A stretch of 63,999 nt of DNA, the filler included, from Sphacelaria rigidula (taxonomy: Eukaryota), in the NCBI GenBank assembly GCA_964200075.2. It is 3 parts of 3 records of this genome, joined end to end, with 100 filler letters (N's around TTAATTAATTAA, not from the genome) between each part and the next. Parts side by side here need not be neighbours in the genome. Positions count along the whole stretch, not along the records: positions 1 to 21,679 come from CAXNAA020000397.1; 2 more parts are not named here. One strand, 5' to 3'. Below the pieces are notes generated by a model. That model did no database searches and had not been told where the DNA came from. It saw nothing but the letters and a program-made list of their open reading frames with translations. Position 1 is the first letter of the stretch. Each line of letters opens with the position of its first letter. A program made the translations under genes and the position numbers. Positions 1 to 12,400 of the stretch are shown here, piece after piece.

Positions 1-330
1 CGAGCTGATTTGGTAAACTTGACGAGTTATGGTTGGAGATGCAAATGCGGCACATACTCCTGGCCCAGCTCGTAAACGATTGAGAGTGAAAAGCGGTAAA
101 TTAGTGAATGAATCGTTTCAGTTCCGAAATGCCTCTCCACGAGGCCCGATATGCTTCCTCTAGTAGCTTGACACTGAGGACCTTGATATCCCCGAGAGTA
201 GGATATCGACGTGCAGCTGTAAACACACGCTATAATATTGGTATGGAAAAGCACACACTGAATGAAAAATTGGCCAAGCTAAAGCGAATGACCAAAGCCA
301 CTCTCAATCAGCGCTCCACTCTCAATTTCA

Positions 331-346
331 CGAAAACATTGTTGGT

Positions 347-378
<32 letters not shown>

Positions 379-559
379 GTGTTGTTGCTGTTTTTGTTGA
401 TGTCGCTGCTTCCTTTCTTCTGTCCTTTCCGTGGTTGTTACCTCTGTCTTCTCCTGTCTCTTTCCTTCTTTCTCATTCTGTCTTTTTTTGCTGCTTCCGA
501 CCACGGGTTGGATTGTTTCTATCAGCTAATGTGAGATAGTCAATCAATCAATCAATCAA
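331..559 (+). mobile_element. 3' end of a non-LTR retroposon (SINE/LINE) with (CAAT)n tail; includes a (GTTGCT)n run
   Basis: Low-complexity T-rich body, then ACCACGGGTTGG...TGTGAGATAGT and a (CAAT)4 tail at 541-559. A similar ACCACGG...tail end occurs at 32332-32400 and on the minus strand at ~61902-61965. Confidence 0.5.
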
Positions 560-640
560 CGAGTATCGTCCTCGTTTCCTACCGAAGTAAACAAAAAAAA
601 TGATTGACAGTGCAGTGAGGGTAACAACACTCAAACAGGC

Positions 641-870
641 CAGGGATTTCCAGCAGGGCGGCAAAGACACGCAAGGTGCATGGGCATTGTCGCACGGTCG
701 AAACGCGGACCGCGTCCCGCTTGAGGAGAAGTAGCAGCAGCAGCATCTCTATCAGCCGGTGCCGATACTGCTGCTGCTGCTCTTCCTCGTGTGAGAGACG
801 GTCCGCGTTTCGACCGTGCGGCAATGCCCATGCACCTTGCGCGTGGTTGCTACCCTGCTTAGAATCCCTG
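641..870 (+). repeat. Long imperfect inverted repeat (hairpin, arms ~105 nt); pre-miRNA or MITE candidate
   Basis: CAGGGATTT...GCAAGGTGCATGGGCATTGTCGCACGGTCGAAACGCGGACCG...GCAGCAGCAG pairs with CTGCTGCTGC...CGGTCCGCGTTTCGACCGTGCGGCAATGCCCATGCACCTTGC...AATCCCTG around a loop of ~15 nt. Confidence 0.85.
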
Positions 871-1399
871 ATCCGTACTGCCCGCCGATAGGTCCATGCT
901 TGGTCACTCGGCGAAGTGCTGGGAGATTCAGCTGTGCGCGTCTCTCTCCGGGAGCTGTGCACGTCTCTCTTTGGGAGCTGTGCATGTCGGATGATGAGGT
1001 CGCCGGTTGTGCACCCCATAAAGAGCCGAACAGCCTACTCGTGGCTACCATTTCACGTCCCTTTCGCATTCTCATCAGATCGTTCCTCCACCCTCACTTC
1101 TTCAGTTCCAAAATAATTTATTTTGTTGGGATGACTTCGGGGGTCATGGGAATGGAGCATCAGCCCTCGCCAATCAGGACAAAGAAAAGACGTAAACCGC
1201 CAGGAACATTCTCATTATCACCATGTGTCTTTTTTTATCTCGATAAGACGGGACCTCACTAGCTTATTTTGCCGAAATGTATGCCATGCAGTAACGCACT
1301 CGTGACTCCATTATATATTGTATATCTTTGCTACATTGATTGTAGGGTTGGATAAAAATATTGTAATTTGCAAAAGCCGATAGTAACTGCACCATGGAT

Positions 1400-2830
1400 C
1401 GAAGCGCTGAACGATGAAGTGCTGGAAGGAACTGTACTGCATGAGGCCGATTCTTCTGGAGTTTAAGGGATGCAGTACAGTGGGAGGAAAATACGTGTTA
1501 TTTTAATGAAACAAACTGAAAAGGTGTTTTGCTGGAACTCTTTCTGAATGAGAATTTTTAAACCGCTTCTTCCGGAGTTCAAGCTTTGCAAGCCAGCTGG
1601 CAGGCATGAATATTTTGGAGGCGGGATTGTATTTGGCCATGGACTAGACATGAGCAGATTGCACATGGTGAAAAAGGGAGACTGCATCGCGAGGACAGTA
1701 GGTAGCGCCGAAGTAACCGGCAATTCGTCGTCGAAAAAAACGTCGTCACTGTCAGTTTCCAATGATTACTCGCCATGAACAGTGTGGTATTACGATCGAC
1801 AACCATCTCGCCCATCAGCATGCGCCTTGTGTAGTGCGCATTTTTTGTCGCTCCCAAGAGTATTCACGGTGGGGTCGGCAAACTTGATCAAGCATAAAAC
1901 CGTAGTCATTCTGGCGTCAAACTGTAGGCCATGTCCATGGCTACATTGTCCAAGAACTCCGGCTCAATGATACTGGTCGCAGTGCACAAATTGACGATCG
2001 ATATTACCGAAATGCTGGCAAAGCAGATGCAAATATTGTACACACGCAATTGCCTTTCTCCTTCACAGCATATGCTGTCACTTCACACACAAGTGAGACA
2101 TGGTAGCAGCTATCGTTCAAATCCAATATTGTGCTGAGGTTCACACAAGATGGTGTGTTCATTGGCTGCTCGGGGTTTCATCTTTTACCCTTGTTTTTTG
2201 TTGCGGCAACGGCGTACCACCTTGGAAATTCGTGCACTAGTGCGCATTTGTGTTAGCTCTACATGTCAAGTCGAGTTGTCTCGTTAGGTGCTGTCTGATT
2301 GGAGGAGCCGTGAAGTCTGTGCTGGGTATTTGGGCATAGAAGATGCGGCATGAAACTCAACTAAAACCAGCAAAATGACCATGGATGTTTCGTCACACGT
2401 GGCTCTCGCTGGCGGATCGAAGCTCTCCGGGCCTGATACTAACTACACCTTCGATGCGCACTCGTGCTGTAAGTTGCACTTGAGGTAGGTATCACGTCTT
2501 TCGTGGACTTGTATTGGAGTCTTTATCCTGTTGACCAGCCTTATTTTCGTGTCTGGAAGCCAGTATGGCACGTTACAGTCAGTGTTCGATGCGGGCTGTG
2601 TACTGAACCGAAGCCAAGTACGTTTCGACGTCATGGTATTCGCAAGGTCGGCCAACACCTAACACGCTGTTTCATTTGCGGCATGGATTTATTCCCGTCA
2701 ATCTTTTCGCAATGAGTTGCTTATAGTCTGTACATCACGTGCAGGCCTTTCTTGTTCCAGGAGACTCCATAGCGCAGGAGATTTCTGCACTTGATGTCAT
2801 CGTCCTCACAACGATATCCTGTACGTGGTT
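1400..2830 (-). pseudogene. Possible highly decayed Mutator-like (MULE) transposase relic
   Basis: Frameshifted minus-strand fragments in the expected order: CRNLLRYGVSW (MuDR-like), VPYWL, KAIACVQYLHLLCQHFGNI (resembles the AI...C..H..N motif) and ICSCL...IHAC (SWIM-like). Many stops; by-eye resemblance only. Confidence 0.3.
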
Positions 2831-2854
2831 ACCCAGGCACAAATCGTACCACAG

Positions 2855-2960
2855 TTAACCCTTTGACGGCGAGGATAGGTCATCTGGCCATGCAGTCATT
2901 TTTCAAGTGAAATTGATGCTGATTCAATAGGTGACCTGTGCTCGCGGTCAAAGGGGTGAA
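2855..2960. mobile_element. ~100-bp piggyBac-like MITE
   Basis: TTAA-CCCTTTGACGGCGAGGATAGGTCA at the left end and TGACCTGTGCTCGCGGTCAAAGGG at the right end, giving ~24-bp TIRs with CCC/GGG termini. Left TTAA intact, right one degenerate. Confidence 0.55.
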
Positions 2961-4422
2961 GACCAGTAGGACTTTGATCAATTCTTTCGGCACGTCATCG
3001 AATGTAAACCAAGGTATTTAGTTGATGAGTTATATGCAACCCCGCCAGGTCTTTCGCCAAGAATCTGATCATCCCAAGGTTATTTGCGTTGCCTTATTGA
3101 AGTTGGAAGCGGTGTAGCACGAGAGCAGCAGTCTCTCGCTACACCACGGAACTGGCTCGCGCAGAATTAAAATATCCCACCAGTTTTTCCCGATTTCCGC
3201 TGACACGACAGGCGGCCCGAAAACATCCTAGTCCCCCGGAATACGTCGCTGGTCCAACAGAAACTGCCATGTCAGTAAAAGGGGAATGTTAAAACCCTGA
3301 ACTTTACCGTTCTATTGTACAGATTGTACTTGCACAGCCAAAACGCCTGCGTATATCAGGAAACCCAACACGACGGTGGATCTGATGACAAATAGCGAAA
3401 AATACTAATCGTTCCCGGCATCTTCCAGGAACGGTATTTGTTGTGCTTTTCGTCCACAGTTAGCATCGGTTTGGACAAAACAGCCGCTAAAAACACCCCA
3501 TGGTAGAACCAACCGTTCGAACCCTTGTATCGATTCAGAGGATTCTCGTGCTGGTTAGCTTGGTGTGTCGGGCAATACCAGAGTTGCGTGCCCGACACCC
3601 CCTCCCGAAATTACGTTAGAGTCACAGTAAACTGTGGGGCGAATGGATAGAGGCGACACTATCGGGTTCAACTCTCGGAGAAACAACCCGAGCACGGCAA
3701 GTAGCCGTTGAATGCGCACAGATGCGTGATAAGATGGTGATCCTTGGAGCGTCCCCTGTGGTCAATGTTATTTTTTTTGCGTTGACGCTTCATCGTATCA
3801 GCCGACGAGTGCTCATCGGAGGCGTCGGCTGATACGATTCTCTGTCGCGATACTGCCACCTGTTTATCAATTATCTCTACCTGCTCACCGCGGGAAAACG
3901 AGGAAAGGAGGGACCAATTTGATACAGCGCCCAGAGGTTCTTCAAAGATCCATGAGATGAAAATTCTATAGCCTTTGCATAGTCGCAATGCCCTCTGTAC
4001 TGTAGTGTCCACCCTTTTAACATGTGCGCCGACAGGTAGGTGGTGGGTACACAACCGAGTGACATGCGGGTACTTCCCTGAATTTTGTGCCAATTTCAGA
4101 GATATCTCTGATCGATGTGACCGCTTTATGTTACTTTATACGACGTAGGAACACCTGTTCACGCAGCCTCCGCAAACGAGTTTGGGGTGAACCTTTGTAT
4201 AACTTTTGCTCACATCGAAGAGTCGTGGTCACGTGTCTGTCCATCTCCCCAGCTGCGATGATCGACGAGTTACAACCCACAATGTTTGTGAAAGGGCGAT
4301 CTTGAGCCTGGTTCAGAAAATCCAACAGTTGTACAATGGAACCTGCTCATGCTTGCGCTGCTGTTGCCCTGCCACCGCTCCCTCTTTCCCCCAAATCTTC
4401 GAACGATCCCCCCGGAAAACAG

Positions 4423-5802
4423 CATCGATTGTTTACTGAGTCCCCGCGAGTGCAACGCATGGATAAACTTCGGCGAGGAACGAGGATTCGAGCAGAGTTT
4501 TCACAAACAAACATCCGAGATGGCCCACAGGGACAACGGCCGAATATCGCTGCACAGTCCTGAGACTGCGGCTGCTGTATTTGCGAGGGTCGGTCCCTTC
4601 GTGCCTGCTGAAATGGGAGGAAGGTGTGCAATACAACTATCATTATAACCCCCGGAAAGACATGAATCTCGCTGTGTGACCCGCTGCTTTTGACCTGAAC
4701 CGCGACATGCGGGAAGTGTTCTCGAGAGCAATTTCGACACGAGCCGGGTGCCGTCAACACTTGAGGCACGTTGAGATTGTGTGCACTTCAGTACCGTAAC
4801 GCGCATGATGTAGATAGAGCATGTGCGTTCTCCAGTTTTAGGTTCCCGTTTGTTTTCGGCCATTCTCGACTGTTCCGAGATGAAGCACTACTGAGAGGAC
4901 AGCAATTGCTCTTGCCGCGAAATAATCGCCCGTTCGCGTACGTATTTTGTTCGATCCCTTGTATACCCCAGAACCGTGGTAGAATGTAATTCAAACATCC
5001 GCCTGTACCGTTACGGCGTCGGTCAGCGATTCGGTAAGCACGTGGACGAAAGCGTGGAAGACGAAAACGGGAACATCAGCCAGTGGACAGTGCTCATATA
5101 CTTGAACGGGGGGGGCGGCGCAGAGGCGGGGGGATCGGAACAGGGCGGGGAGGCGGCGAGCGAGATGGGGGGCGGGCGGGTGGAGGAAGAGCCACTTCGA
5201 GGAGGGGAAACCATATTCTACAAGGTGTGGCGGCATTTCTGACCTGCTTTTCCATGCTCGAATATGTGTGTTTTTATAGTTTCACCGTGGTTGCCTGTTG
5301 TGATGGCATGTGCATGTCGCAGGTTTATCGCGGTCACCATTTATTTTTATGTCGACACCGACTGACTAAAATTGCGCGGTGATGATTCATGTAGGTACAT
5401 TTTTCGCTTTCGAGAGCGACTTTTTTTACCTGACCTTTGCCGTTTGTGACATCACTACTTATTTCCCTCCTGCGTGTCAAGGGTGGAGTCTTGCAACACT
5501 ACTTTGAACACTTCGCTGCTGCTTGGATTTGACGCTGTCACAAAATTCACACACGGGGATGTTTGGATTTCCAGCTTTGCAATCACATTCATAACCGTCA
5601 CAAAACCCCTCCATCACTCCTCCCCAAAACTCCTTGGATTGAGCAGGGAAATTATGGTGGCAAAGTCGCCGCGTCGTTCTCGCCGTTGAGGGGTGCCTGC
5701 CTCGTGCATGGGCATGGTCGGCAGTGCCTCTTGCACGAGGGATCAGGCGTCACTGCAGGCGTGAAATACCTTCTTAGGACGGACGTCATGTATGCGCCGT
5801 AG
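4423..5802 (+). CDS. 2OG-Fe(II) oxygenase (prolyl-4-hydroxylase-like), last three exons 4423-4623, 4972-5224, 5647-5802; 5' exon(s) not resolved
   Basis: GT-AG introns with consistent phases. Spliced protein contains LLSPRECNAWI, RDNGRI, IRLYRY...FGKHVD (HxD), TVLIYLN, GGETIF, LLHEG (distal His) and KYLLRTDVMY (2OG-binding Arg). Confidence 0.9.
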
Positions 5803-6497
5803 CGTCCACCCTCCCATGTTGAGTTGGTGTACGAAATTAACTTGCGCACCGCCGTCGGTGTGTTGATTTCTGAGCAGAGGGAGGGAAGTGTTTGCGTTCT
5901 TTGGAAGGTGCATATTATGAGGTATCCGTTTGGTTCATTTGCGTCTGAGAAACAGTTCGGGGTGGTACACAGAAGGGTCATACCTTGTCTTCGTTAGAGA
6001 AATGGCTTGCATGGTTCAGCATGACTCGTGCAGGGGGGGCATTTCGTCCCCTCACCAATTTCAGGACTACTCGTTTTCTTGTGTGTGCCAGATAAAAGGC
6101 GAACGTCAGTGTCAACGGTGGCGCTGCGATGTGCACGCAGCAAGTCGCCGTAACCTGCAAGACATGATCATTTCCCCCAGGAAATGTCCGGTCCATCGCG
6201 GATAGCTCTTCACGTGTTTGGTCGTTACTATGGATACGCCAGCAAAGAAAAAAAAGGATGAAAACAGTGACTTTTGCGTCAAATCATCACCGGCGCTACG
6301 TTACTGTTTGTTCAAAGCTCACACCAAACGTATTGCTGTTGGCCACCTCGATTTACTTTTTAGCCTACGTACCGGTGTTCCTACTGCAGCTCATACAAAA
6401 AATCGAAACAAGATCACATCGAACTCGTGATCGCACGGAGGCGACAGGAGCAGTGAGCAGTTTGTTGGAGTAACCATCAAAGTCCGCCCTCCCGGTG

Positions 6498-9400
6498 TCA
6501 AGGACAGAAGAGCGTCGGCAGCTTGCACTGCAACGGTGTAGACAACAAGAGGTGAAAGTAACGGCGAAAATTAAAGCAAGGGAGGGAAATGTAGGGGGGG
6601 GAGGGGGACAGGACGGGCGAGGGAGATGAGGAGCACCACACAGATCAGCACTGGTTTGGCCGATTTAATATTCAAGAACGATAGCAGCATCTCAGCAACA
6701 ACACGGGGCGCATTTTTGGGCACGTGTCGGAAGTATATTGTTGGCTGTGCTTGGGTGATATCGACCATGACTTGCTCGGGCAGAGTAGACTTATTTCGGC
6801 GGGCTTGACTGGCTACACGGTGATCACACTGCTTGAGACAAAGAACTGTCTCCAGCTCAAAAAGGACTAATAGCAGCAAAAAGTAACACCAGTAGGTTCC
6901 CTACAACCGTGCGACTAACCTGGAGTGCACCGCGCGCTCTGGTTGACCATCCAGGCACTTTCATTTTTTTTTACTTGTGCTTGATATCAAGTACGCCCTG
7001 ATGGGGGTACCCGTTGGTGGCGATTTGGTACAAAAATCAACATGCACGAAATTTCATGCGATTGCGCTGAAAATTGGCGGGCGTGTAGTTGACACCAAGA
7101 CAACAACAGCGATGCTTGATTCAGCTCCTAACCCGTCGCCGTTCGAAAAGTTACGGCCAAGACAGGTATTCTAGAAAATATATGAAACATTGAATGGGGA
7201 TCCCATACCCTCGGGAATTTAGACATGTCGGATTTTTCGCTCGAGGTTTGAGACTTGAGACATGAACTTTCGGGGAAAGGGGTAATTTGATCATCTTCAG
7301 GTCATTCTTCGAAGTGATTTTTAGTTGCTCCAAACCTGAGGACGTTTTTTTCCCTCGGAAATTCAGTAAAATTGACCAAATTCTTCGAGAAAAGAGACAG
7401 ATAACATCTCCAAGGTTGACCTTAAAATAATTGGTTTTCACGTCTCCTCGGAATTTCAGGTCCTAGCTCTCAAACCTAGAGAGAAAAATGCAGCAGGGTC
7501 GCGCTTTCTTATCTCGAGTAGTAGTGGGACCAGGCTGTAAGGTTATATAGTGTTGATGGAATATAGATACAGTAGGTGATCCGGTATAAGGCCGGGTTGA
7601 TCCGTGCCGGATGAGGCGGCCCTGTGTTGAAGACAGCCTACAATCGATTTAGGGCTGCTTCGGCCCTGTGTCGAATAAAGCGTCGTATTGTGTCCACAGG
7701 CTCCCCTTGTAAGACCGAACCGCCCTGACATCGGATCAACAAGCGGCAAGCGTTGTCCCACTTGACGGAGAAGAGAATCATTGCATTGCATTTATTCATT
7801 TATGGTGTGGTGTTGTCTCTGCGGCTGTCACAGAACTTCGTGCGCACGACCGGCCCTTCCAACTTGAGGCCAATTTGGGGTACGACAAAAAAACGACCTT
7901 ACATCAAAATGACTTCACTGAAAGCGTCCTTGTACCAGGTCACCTACTATATATTCATTACCAACAGTACATCGGTACGTTGTATTAGAAGAACAACCGT
8001 AAGTTCTCTACTCTACACTACACTTGTCACAGTACAGGATAATTAAATCTATCCTACCCTGCCCATTTTCATACATCCTCACCTCCCAACCACCAATATA
8101 TCGTCAAAAGCGGCGTAGAGTATACCTTGTCAGTGGGGCGCACAGTGCCGAATACTCAGTATACATGATTCCGAAGACGTGTGCGTTACACACGGCTGAA
8201 AATGCTCGTGGGAGAGAGAAAGTGTACGAGTGGTGAGTCTAAGCTCACCTCTGGGCACACGAAGGTCTTGTTTACTGCACCCACGTCAGTCCCTCGCCTG
8301 GACGTTTCACTGGGCGTTACCCTCTCGGCTTTGCCCAACACGCATCTGAAGTGAAACAGGCTGTCGCAGTTACCGCACCGAGTCACTGTCGACAACTGCA
8401 GAATGTAAAACACAGCAAGACGAAACGACTAGGTTTCAGTGACTACAACGCGGCACACACGCGGATCGCAAAGGCCCGTTTGCTTCCGGCCTACTGAATA
8501 CCGCAGAGCTCTGACAAACCTTTCGTTGGTATGGAATACTCCACTCGTGATGGCTGGCACTGTTTCTCAGGGAAAACCCAAGACTCAGACCTCGAGGAGA
8601 GAGTGGGATAAGACACGGGAGATACAAACAAACAGAAAAACAAATATCGCACCCCAGTAAATGAATCCACAAGTATGCAATTATCATTCCGAAAACCTCG
8701 GGGGTGGTCGCTCCTCTCCCACCCGGCTGCATCACGGACCAATTCAGCGGGTGCGAAGATAGTACTATAGCTATGATCCCACCATTGTGTGGTACCTGAA
8801 ACGGATAGATCCGGTCGCGAGCTTGACATATAGAACAGCTGCGGGCACTTGCAGCCTTGCAGGCCTCGCATTCGTTCGCCACGTGCGCCAATAGAATATC
8901 CACGACCTGTGTTGTACATCACATGAAAAGATATAGGTCATTCAACCAGAGCACTCAAGCAAAAAACGCCACCATGACGCCACACGCATGTTGAATGTGC
9001 GGTGCCAACACGAGTTTTGAGTCTAGCAAATACGGTATCCAGCCGTCTGTACTGTACATCAAGCCGGCACACATCCAACATATCGACAAAACAACGTCCC
9101 AACCGCCACGATCATACGCTACAGCAGCGCGTGAGGTATCCAGCCGTTACACATATCATGACTATTCAGGGGTTACACGCTCCATGACTATCCAGTCGTT
9201 ACACGCATCATGACAATCCAGTCGTTACACGCATCATGACAATCCAGTCGATACACATATTTCTGACTATCCAGCGATTACACGCATCATGACAATCCAG
9301 CAGTCGCACACATTGTGACTATCCAGCCGTTACAAGCGTCATAACTATCCAGCGGTTACACATATCAACGGTCCTGAAAAAATGCTCGTTGAACGGAGAA

Positions 9401-12400
9401 ACGTACGTCGTCCAAGAGGTCAACGAGCACGCCTTTCTTGACGCCCATCAGATCTTCCACCGAGTACAGGCCGGGATCCACCGCCAAATGCATCCTGGAT
9501 ATTTTTGGTTTCAGACGCACGTGAGGAGCAAAGGCGTCCAGGTGACCCTTCACCGCAGCACCGATACTCGGAAGGAACAGGGGGGCGATACTTTTCCAAG
9601 ACAATCACCGCACTAACGCACCACGATCCCGCAAATATCCCACCGAACGACATTCACCTGCGACGCAGGAATTTTTCCAGCAGACGCGCGCCGGCAGCGC
9701 ACTCTTGCTCGGGTGGGAACATGATCACACGTCGAAGTAGGTGCAGCTGCGTGCGGCGCATGCGCACCCTGCGTAGATCCTGCTCGGTTGAGAAAACGAA
9801 ACAGAGCAAGAAATCAGGCCCAGTTTGAAAACAAGCTTGGGTGTCAGGACTTATGTTCAAACATTGTAGTTTAGAATATTGGGCGTAGACTCCGTGCGTC
9901 GGGTGATGGGGGTGCGATCACTTCGTTGACGGGGCATCGCAGCGTGCTTTGCTTTGGGAGTAGCGGTGTCACTCCGGGAAAAGGCTCTTCAAGCAGGCTA
10001 TGCTGCGCCTTGTCTTTTAGGAGACACTTCACCAACACAGATTTTGCCAGCGATTCCTCGAGCACTCTGTGTAGAGATCCATCTATTGTAGACCCCGTGC
10101 CTCCCCCTGAAAAAATGCGAGAAACATCGCATACCGTAGCCCCGTACGGCCACCTCCCCCAAAGGAGCTTTCGCTTCATCAGATTTTCCGGGTGCGGATG
10201 GTGGCGGTTTGGTCTTTGTACGTCACCGCCATTTCGGACTACAAACGGTACAGGGGTAGTCTAGAAACGGTACTATTCGAAAATGATTATTGCTTCGAGT
10301 GTACTGCGGCTTTTTGGTCTAGCTCCGGTACAGCGAGGGATGAAGCGAAACCTGTCGGCTGTACGAGGCTACAAAATTCGTTTTTTTTCCTTCTCTCTCT
10401 TTTGGGGGAGCGGGGACACGGGTGCTGCATGTATCCCCAACTGGGGGGGATGAGGAATTGCCAACTAAAACGGCGTTTGTGGCGCGTTGTTCGCATTATT
10501 GCACAAGAATTGTATACTCCGTATATTTTTCACTATCCTTGGGGGTGATCATGATGATATTGGGTGCTCACGCAGCTGGCATGACACCGGGTGATGGGAC
10601 GTGGAATGTATGGAATGTATGGCATGGTCTCAAAACCGCTCAGGATAACCCTGCAGTTTTCCCCCACATTTTCGGGTGAAAAATGGGGAAATACAATGCG
10701 CCTGAAAAGTTTCCGAAAAGCACTCTAACCATCACGGACGGGCTCAACGCAAAAGAGAAAGAGAGGACATCCCCTCTGAGTTACAGTGCTACTGAGGGAC
10801 CACCGCAAACGCACACAAAACAGTAAAAACAAGAAAAAAAAAAGTACCACGGAAAAGTTCCTATTTACTAGCTCACATAATTGTGATGAAACAAATGAGG
10901 GGCCACCTCCGCCAGATCGATCGTGGGAAGGAATCGCGTTGCGTCCAGAAAAGCGGTCGCGGGCTTCGACACCCGGTGGAGCACGAAGTCCCAGTGGTGA
11001 ATCGCTCGGTGCGGAATCACTCGTCGACCCTCCTCGTGGCAGAGTCTGGATATCGCTCAAAAATGAGCCAAGACGTGACACCAGGACATCAGAATGGGTT
11101 AATCCAGCGGAAAGTGGGAGGGTCGGCCGAAAAAAAAATGAGATCCAGTATGAAGAGGGGGAAGTGGTCGAATCCATGCACGTGGCGCGTGAAGTTGAAA
11201 TGCGACGACAAGGATAACGGTCCGCCCGCTTGACTTGTTGACTAGCTCGATGGGCATTACCGCGAATTCTTCTTACCGAGAGAGAGAGAGATGCTCCGGG
11301 TAGATCGTGGCCAATCCACGCGACGACACGAGATACACGTGACTTGACTCGAAACAGCGGTGAAAGCATGTCATGTTCCACATGTCCAGTAGGAAAAGAT
11401 ACTGGAAGATAATAATCGGGGGATGTATATGCGTGAGTGTCCGCCACGCTCCGACTACAGGTACATGGTGCAGACGCATATCCTTCCTCACCTGCGACAG
11501 AAAAGTCCGTTCGCGAAACGACACGGCGTGTAGTCTTTCTTAATGCCCAAAAACTCGGCGGCGATCGTGCATCCGCAGCCCATGCACCTGTAACGCACGT
11601 CGTGCCATCGTTCAAGTGTCATATGCCGCCTCGCCGTTCGGTGTAAACGGAGCGTTCACGCCTCCGAGCGTTCGAAAAAAAAACGCCCCAAGATAAAGAA
11701 CAGCACGCATGTATACGAAAACAGCATGTACGTATATTCCCCAAGAAATAGCACGATTATGCTACATCCTATAAGAGGAGAAGGGTGGAAGCCGTGAGGC
11801 GGTGGGTGCATGCACTAGGTTTTGACCGTTTATAACAAGATATTTGAAACCGTGCGCACCAAGCATATAGTTAACCAACAGAAACCACCACAGTGCCCAC
11901 GCACACATGACGAGGAAAACCGAGGCACGCACGCCGGCGATAAAATAAGAACACCTCCGCATATTCGATCCGATGGAAACCAGATTTCTCAAAACGCTTG
12001 CAAACCAAACTGGCAACTAATCATTCTTCTCGGCGTTGATTCAAAAGATACGACTACCCTACACGTCCCCACAAAGACGCAGAACTGCACCTCCGATTCT
12101 GTATCCTAAGGCGAGCCTCGTCGTCCACCCAAGACCCCAGCTTCCCACCCGGGTCATCCCACGTCCTCATGCACAGGATCAGGTCCGCTCTTCGCCTTTT
12201 CCTCCCGGATTTGTCGCAAGTGGACAGCGCCTCGTTCAGCGCCCGCGCAAGCCGCGCTCGCAGACTCGCTTCGCCCGTCGTCTGCTCGCCCCGAGAGGCG
12301 TATAGTTCGTTACCAAACACGTTCCGGGGAGGGTTGGTGGTAGGGTTTGGGATAGGGCTGTGGTTACTGTTCAAGGACAAGGGCAGGGAACGATGTACGG

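Noticed and set aside
108-539. 143-aa ORF with a hydrophobic VAVAVA stretch as a membrane protein
   Set aside because: The hydrophobic part is translated (GTTGCT)n/T-rich repeat belonging to a retroposon tail.
1030-1080. Hammerhead ribozyme core on the minus strand (CTGATGAG...GAAA); similar at ~56670-56705
   Set aside because: Stem II cannot pair and flanking helices are missing.
6571-6828. Alternative last exon (CDHRVASQARR...) for the RUN/RH gene
   Set aside because: In phase, but its acceptor is weaker than 6527, which follows a long pyrimidine tract. Not excluded without RNA data.
9137-9367. CRISPR-like array
   Set aside because: Units are contiguous with no unique spacers, lie in a eukaryotic intron, and there are no cas genes: a minisatellite.
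10725-11615. 296-aa minus-strand ORF as a standalone gene
   Set aside because: It overlaps two true RH-domain exons read in other frames plus intron sequence, and has no coherent protein signal.
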